From: Hormiphora californensis
Taxonomy: Eukaryota > Animalia > Ctenophora
Reading direction: 5' to 3'
Assembly (NCBI GenBank): GCA_020137815.1
Contig: WFME01000019.1
Location: forward strand, 1 to 27,569
DNA: 27,569 bases
Below the pieces are notes generated by a model. It saw only the letters and a list, made by a program, of their open reading frames with translations, was not told the origin of the DNA and searched no databases. Shown here one piece after another: positions 21,735 through 27,569 of this stretch. Each line of letters begins with the position of its first letter. The first letter of the stretch is position 1. Position numbers and translations under genes: made by a program.

Positions 21735-21830
21735 CATTCGGACCCCGATTTAGTGGCATCCTCGGGGAAAAAATCCTGCCACTAAATCGGGGTGCCACTA
21801 AATCGGGGCCACTAAATCGGGGTCCGACTG
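21735..21830. mobile_element. 96-bp pogo/Tc1-like MITE
   Basis: TA|CATTCGGACCCCGATTTAGTGGC ... GCCACTAAATCGGGGTCCGACTG|TA, with subterminal GCCACTAAATCGGGG x3. A related fragment lies at ~20371-20390. Confidence 0.88.
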
Positions 21831-24275
21831 TATATGCTATAAACTACTAAAATGATACTTTATAAATTGGGAACATGAACAGATTAGTTAAATCCCCGAA
21901 GCAGAATTTCTATGTGGAATCACTCTATAGTATAGTACATGAAGATGTATAGGTAGTGAGGCGGCAAAGTGGTTGTAGAAACCAAACACCCAATTATACC
22001 CACTCTTACTGTGTGTGATACAGAGATCAGAGAGAGAGTACTTAGAGTGGCGCGGCTAATGTTTACATCGATTTATCATGATTCATAATTGGCGCATACA
22101 TATTATCATATTCACTCGAAATTTTGCAGATTATAGAAAAACATATGCGGCTGGCTATTTATACATATTTATTAGACACAAAAGGAACCAAAAGCGATCA
22201 AAGCCCTACGCAGTCGAAAATGTCAATACAGTAGGTATACTCATGATAAAGCTGGCTGCTACGTCATTATACCTTGACATGCTAAGGGGCAATTCATAGC
22301 AGAAAATTGTAATATAAAGTTCCAATTTGTACTTGGCAAGTGTAAAGGGTTATTGTTCGTTGATTGGGGACAAATCAAGCAAGTGACTTAAGTCAAGCAT
22401 CCACAAGTAGCTTGGTAATGACGTGTCTGCAGGAAGAGAGAAAAGGAGAGAGAAAAAGGAGAGAGAGAGAAATGAGAAAAAGAGAGAGAGAGAGATCAGA
22501 GAGGAGTCTGAAGCTAAGGCATTACGATGCTTTTTGGCTTTTCGATGATCAGAATTACAGTGACATACATTTTCGTTTGAACGAATATCACGATACCATT
22601 TTTACGTTTCAGGGGCGGCTTTGGAACCGGCCAAACCGTCCGCGGACGGTTAAGAAATTCTCAGGATGAAGGGATGGTTTGGCTTTGAATCGCCTTTGAA
22701 TAAATTCACTCAAATTGTTTAAAAAAATGGGTTTTTACGGCGAAAATCACGAAAAATATGCTTACCGGTCCGAGAGGGTTAGGGACCGGTAAGCTATCAT
22801 ATATAATACACGACCCCCCCGCGGCTCTAGTGAGAGAATTTAGTGTTCGTTTTCACAACATTCTCACCATGCCTTACCGGTCCGGGACCTTTACGGGGCA
22901 GAGGGGAATCTCCCTCTCTCATTCTGTCTTTCTCTCTCTCCCCCAACCCCTCTACGTAACCAAACACCGTTCAAGTTGTCAACACCTACTCAGGGCTCGT
23001 GCCTCATATACCAAGATAACCATTTCTTTTTCCATTGTGTGTATCTTCATCTTTAAGTAATGTTGTCTCACTTCTCTCTTTGCATTGTAGAAAAAGTTGA
23101 TCGTCTGATCGTCCCTTATCTTTGTAATCGTATACCCTCCCTAAACCATCCCTCGCACCCTCCCTCCCTTGTCTTTGTGTTTGAACCACCCAACCAACTA
23201 CAAATCTACACAATTGAACAGGATAAGAACTCTATGTTTATTGTTTAACTATAATCAATGCAACTGATAAACGCACTACAAATGACTCATAATGAATTTG
23301 CAGTTGTACATAATGTTCAAAATTCAAATCCTTGGTTGATTAAGAGATTGCGAGAGAGTAGAACTGAGTAGTACACTATAGTGTTGCGTCCATAATTATA
23401 TGGTTTTGTGTCGCTGACTTAGCACGTTTATCGCATGTTACTGTTGGTGAGCAGCTCCCGGCCACCTTCATTTCTCAGCCACCTTCACATCCACAGTGAA
23501 GTCACTAGATAGGCCCCATGGAACTGTCATTAAGCGGAGAGTGTCATGGGGCCTATAATTCAGCCTCCCGTCCACTCACTAGCTCACCGAGGCATTGCTC
23601 AGCATATCATACCACGCTCAGATCACGTTCTGTGTCTGATCAATTGATGTGAATAAATCTGTATGTTGGGTTGGGCAAATTTGGAGAAAATCACAAATTC
23701 AGCATTCAACTGTTCCAGATCATTTCATGTTCCATGCAAGAATTTCTATTCAGCCACACCTTTCTTTTTCAGTTACTTCTCTTTTTCATCTTTCAATCCT
23801 CTCTCTTTTTCCTTCCCTCTTCTTCTTTCTGCCTGCATGCACTCCATCTCTTCTTTCCCCGTTTTATTCTGCCCGCCTAGATCATCTTCTTGTTCCAGTA
23901 TCTATTTCTATTCACACCTTTCTTTTACTACTTCTTCTCCTTTTCGGCTGCTGTTCATCCCTTTCCCTCCATTTCTTCTTTCCCACTCGTTCCTTCTGCC
24001 TACTGCATGTGCATGTACCTCCCCCTTCTTTCTCCGTTTCAATCTTCTCCCCAGCTCCTTAACCTAATTACTTTCAGGACAGTGGCACGATACCATCTTA
24101 TCTCAGTTTCCAAGGTCTCTCCCTAGTAATCCCCTAGTCTGTCCTTTCCAGCATTGAACCCTTTCATTTTCTTAATTTCCCGTTGTCTCAGATTTATTGG
24201 TTCTCAGATTTATTGAATCAACCAATTTTAGAGGACTGTTTTAGTTTCCCCTTATCTCTCCCTCTGTTGTGCCCC

Positions 24276-24317
<42 letters not shown>

Positions 24318-25334
24318 GATCATACTCACTCTCAGTTCTTCTAGCAAGGTGCACTAACGGCTCAGGGTCTGCAGGGAGGTCCCGGTGCCGACGTGTACGA
24401 GACATCTGATCGTATATCTGCATCTTACTCTCTTGCTCGTCTACGTCTCTCTACTCTCTCTCTCTCTCTCTATCTCTCTTTCTTCTCATGTCTAGTTCTC
24501 TCTCTCTCTCTCGTCTAGTGCATACATGCATTTTTATTCTTCCTTTGTCAGTGGAGCTCCCGATCCGATCTTGCTCTCTCTTCGTGTATCTTTTACGTCT
24601 CTCTTCTCTTCATCTCTCTTCTCTCTCGATCTCTCGTCATCTCCATATTTATAATATGTCTAATTGCTAGGGGCAGTCCGGATCCGAATACTGTGCCTTT
24701 TATCTTAGTGCTCTGATTTAAAAAAGAGATCCGTTCTGCGGCCTGCGGTTTCCCCCTCCCTCGCTCAACGCTTATCAGGTTTGCACTCGGAACTATCCAT
24801 CCACCTATGTTGTTACTGTACACGTGCTACGGTGCGATCCCGACCAAGAGTACCTCAATGTGCTCGTATTCTTAGAGCTCTTGTGAACGGAGAGAGCAGT
24901 GGTGGGACTGGCAAGCTCGGTCGAAAGTACCCCATCGCTGCAAGGGCTTTAAGAGGTGTGCGCGGAATCAATGCTTTTCCCAAGGCCATGTTGTCTAGCT
25001 GTACAACACGCTGCTCTCTCGTGCGACTCTTGATTGAAGAGCAACCATCAATGTTGATATTCAATTAGCAGTCTATACTCGTGTGACGGAGAGAGCAGGG
25101 CTGTGCACTGTGCAGCGTTCGTGTCGAAAAGACAGAGGGCAAGATGGGGCGCGGTGAATTCATGTTTTGTAAGGCAGCCCTTGAGATACAGAAACAAAGG
25201 TTAACTCCTTGCAAAACTATGGATGCGGAGAAGATACGAAAAAAAAAAAAAAAAAAGTAATGTTGTCGTTTTTGGGATTTCACGTGTTAGGGGTGCTATC
25301 AGATTGTCAAAATCAAGTAAAATCGGTAAAAAAT

Positions 25335-25545
25335 TTTCGGGGGGCTTCGCCCCCACGTCCCCCACCGGGGCTTGCAGCCCCTGGACCCTGCTTGCGGGGG
25401 CTCCGCCCCCTACACCCCCACCGGGGCTGCGCCCCTGGGCCCCCTGGTGGGGGGTTTCACCCCCCACACCCCCTGACCGGGGCTAGCGCCCCTGGCCCGG
25501 ACCGGTAAGGCGGCTCGTGGCCAAAGGCCACGAGCCGCCCCTGTT
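25335..25545. repeat. GC-rich cluster of GGGGCT(n)CGCCCC mini-hairpins ending in a perfect 14-bp stem-loop (25509-25539); probable transposon-derived repeat
   Basis: GGGGCTTCGCCCC, GGGGCTCCGCCCC, GGGGCTGCGCCCC and GGGGCTAGCGCCCC, then GGCGGCTCGTGGCC-AAA-GGCCACGAGCCGCC. Confidence 0.6.
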
Positions 25546-26574
25546 ACGTTTCCCTAAAATCAAGCACATTAAATATTGTTATCCACTACAAGATATGTAT
25601 TCCGGCTTGATACACAGATCAGGTAATACTAATAACGCAAGCTAATTTACACACTATGATAGTGCCAAATACATGGCGAGAGGGGGCTGCTTTATACCCC
25701 CCCCCCTTGTAATTACATGAGATTAGTAGGAAATTGCACACTGATCTCTCTATATAGAAGTGGCCAAATCATTACTTCACTAAAGTTATTGAAGTTTATC
25801 AAATATGAATCAACAAATACCTACGAAAATTAAAGCCAGAATACGAACAGTAAAGCCAGAATTTGAAAAGTATAAAAATATAGCGGGAGAGATCAGAGAA
25901 AATAAGCATCAAAGCAAGCTCCCTGTTATAATAATATGGGTATCAACGCCCCTCTCTCTCTCTCTCTCCCCTCATAATGACACACACTCTGTTGCTATGG
26001 AAACGATGAAGACTCTGTTTTGTTAGTAACGGATTTTCGCAGTAGAGGTATTGTCATGCAATCGTGGAACGAGATATCATTGTTGTTTGGGAAATAAAGG
26101 GAGAGAGAGATAGAGAGAGATAAAAAGGGCGGGAGAGAGAGTGTGAGAGGGAGAGAGAGAGAGAGAGAGGGAAAGAGAGAGAGAGAGCTAGAGAGAGATG
26201 GAAACACTTGGGATTTATCCAATCATAACACAACATATTTTAAGAGCAGGAGAGGACCCTTAACATCAAATGGAGCTTAAAATATGAAAATAACTGACAA
26301 GCTTTTAGTGAAGAGTTAGTCAATCAGTCAGTCAGATATTTCACATAACAAGAAACTAACTGACTGGAATCTCTCTTTTCTCTCTTTCTCCACTCTCCAG
26401 CTTCCTATCCCTGTCACTTTCTCCTCAGAGATCTTGTTGTGTGGATCGTGGGAAGACTCCGGATACACCTTGTTAGCCCTTTTCTTTGCATGCTGAATAG
26501 CGTGCTCTAACAGGGAACGCCGGAATAGCGGAGAGAGAGAGGGGGAGAGAGAGTGAGGGGGAGAGAGTGAGGGG

Positions 26575-26605
<31 letters not shown>

Positions 26606-27210
26606 AGAGAGAGAGAGAGAGGGAGAGAGAGAGAGAGAGAGGGAGAGAGAGAGAGAGAGAGAGAGAGATATTAATATACTGTATGTATGAGTGAATATGG
26701 TGCATATCATAATTATAGTTGACACGTATCACGTACAGCTGGAAAACTCCTGATTTTTTGCAAACAGAATTATACATAAAAATTGTGTGTCTGGACTACG
26801 TCAAGACTACGTGCAGGACGTCATCTTTTAGGATTGGCTTCAGACGCACTAAAATTAAATTAAAAAAAAGAATAGGCGTCCGAAAGCGTCCTATTTGAAA
26901 ACCAGGAATTGACTGAAACGGAAATAATGAGTTCAGAGCAAGAATTAAATAGGGAAGAAAATCGAAAAATACTGGGTTTGACCGGGAATTGAACCAGGGA
27001 ACGTTTATAGGTTACGTTTTTAGTACGTCTGTTACGTTTCTAGTACGTATGTAAGGCTAGGCGTCTGTAGGGCGTCTGGACTACGGCCCGACGTAGTTTG
27101 TCGTCGGTTTGTCGTCGGTTTGTCGGTGTTAGCCATCATTTATGAGAGTATCCTTCCGGAAATACACTACGTTGGCCATTGGGGGGCGGGTAATTTCAAG
27201 AACGAACAAG

Positions 27211-27217
27211 GTATAAA
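27211..27217 (+). promoter_or_regulatory. TATA-like element at about -25 of the 5S gene
   Basis: GTATAAA at the position typical of 5S upstream elements. Confidence 0.5.
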
Positions 27218-27236
27218 GGGGTGGAAATTGAATGTC

Positions 27237-27355
27237 GGATACGGCCATACTCGGTTGAATGCACCCGATCTCGTTCGATCTCGGAAGTTAAACAAACGCA
27301 GGCCGGGTTAGTACTTGGATGGGTGACCGCCTGGGAATCCCCGGTGCAGTATCCT
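27237..27355 (+). rRNA. 5S ribosomal RNA
   Basis: GGATACGGCCATAC...CGATCTCGGAAGTTAA...TTAGTACTTGGATGGGTGACCGCCTGGGAA...GTATCC: 119 nt, 5'/3' stem GGATAC/GTATCC, internal A/C boxes. Confidence 0.95.
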
Positions 27356-27367
27356 TTTCGCTTTTTT
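27355..27367 (+). terminator. Pol III oligo-T terminator
   Basis: TTTT followed by TTTTTT directly after the 5S gene. Confidence 0.75.
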
Positions 27368-27569
27368 CCAAGGGTCTCCACTAACACCACAGAAAACCCT
27401 AAATTCCGGTAAGAGGTGCAACACCTTCATTTCCGGGTTTTTGTGCATGCGCACCATGTGCTGTGGGCGAGAAACTGAAAGTTGTAAAAATCGGAGTTTT
27501 TGACCCGGAAAAAGATATCCCGACCGGAAACATCTCGTTAGTGGGGTAAGACATCAGAAGTTTACGTTA

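Noticed and set aside
24760-25100. Possible LTR-retrotransposon integrase His-motif relic on the - strand (RAH*GTLGRDRTVARVQ)
   Set aside because: Too short and degenerate to support without a profile search.
26365-26505. Possible - strand exon (HAIQHAKKRANKVYPESSHD..)
   Set aside because: No recognisable domain or partner exons.

Overview
This is eukaryotic (animal) genomic DNA with short introns, many (CT)n/(GA)n microsatellites, several MITEs and some visibly error-ridden stretches. The repeat content reminds me of a cydippid ctenophore such as Pleurobrachia, but that is recall, not a search result. (1) A spliced + strand RGS12/RGS14/Loco-like gene at 2421-10247 (RGS box, Raf-type RBD, GoLoco motif), with a probable 6-nt micro-exon. 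(2) A second, partial copy of its 5' half (~12950-15940) that differs by reciprocal transposon insertions; it is either an uncollapsed haplotype or a segmental duplication. (3) On the - strand, this copy sits between a secreted signal peptide-CBM14-stonustoxin-like exon (16395-~15945) and a six-exon FN3-FN3-coiled coil-PAN-PAN gene body (12910-11056). These may be one chitin-targeted pore-forming toxin gene, the most novel candidate here. (4) A CR1/L2-type LINE with an ORF1 fragment fused in frame to a truncated endonuclease-RT. (5) A 1.36-kb foldback palindrome, mariner-, Tourist- and pogo-like MITEs, and Helitron/Helentron-like repeats. (6) A probable cell-cycle gene start (KEN box, Cy motif) and a 5S rRNA gene.
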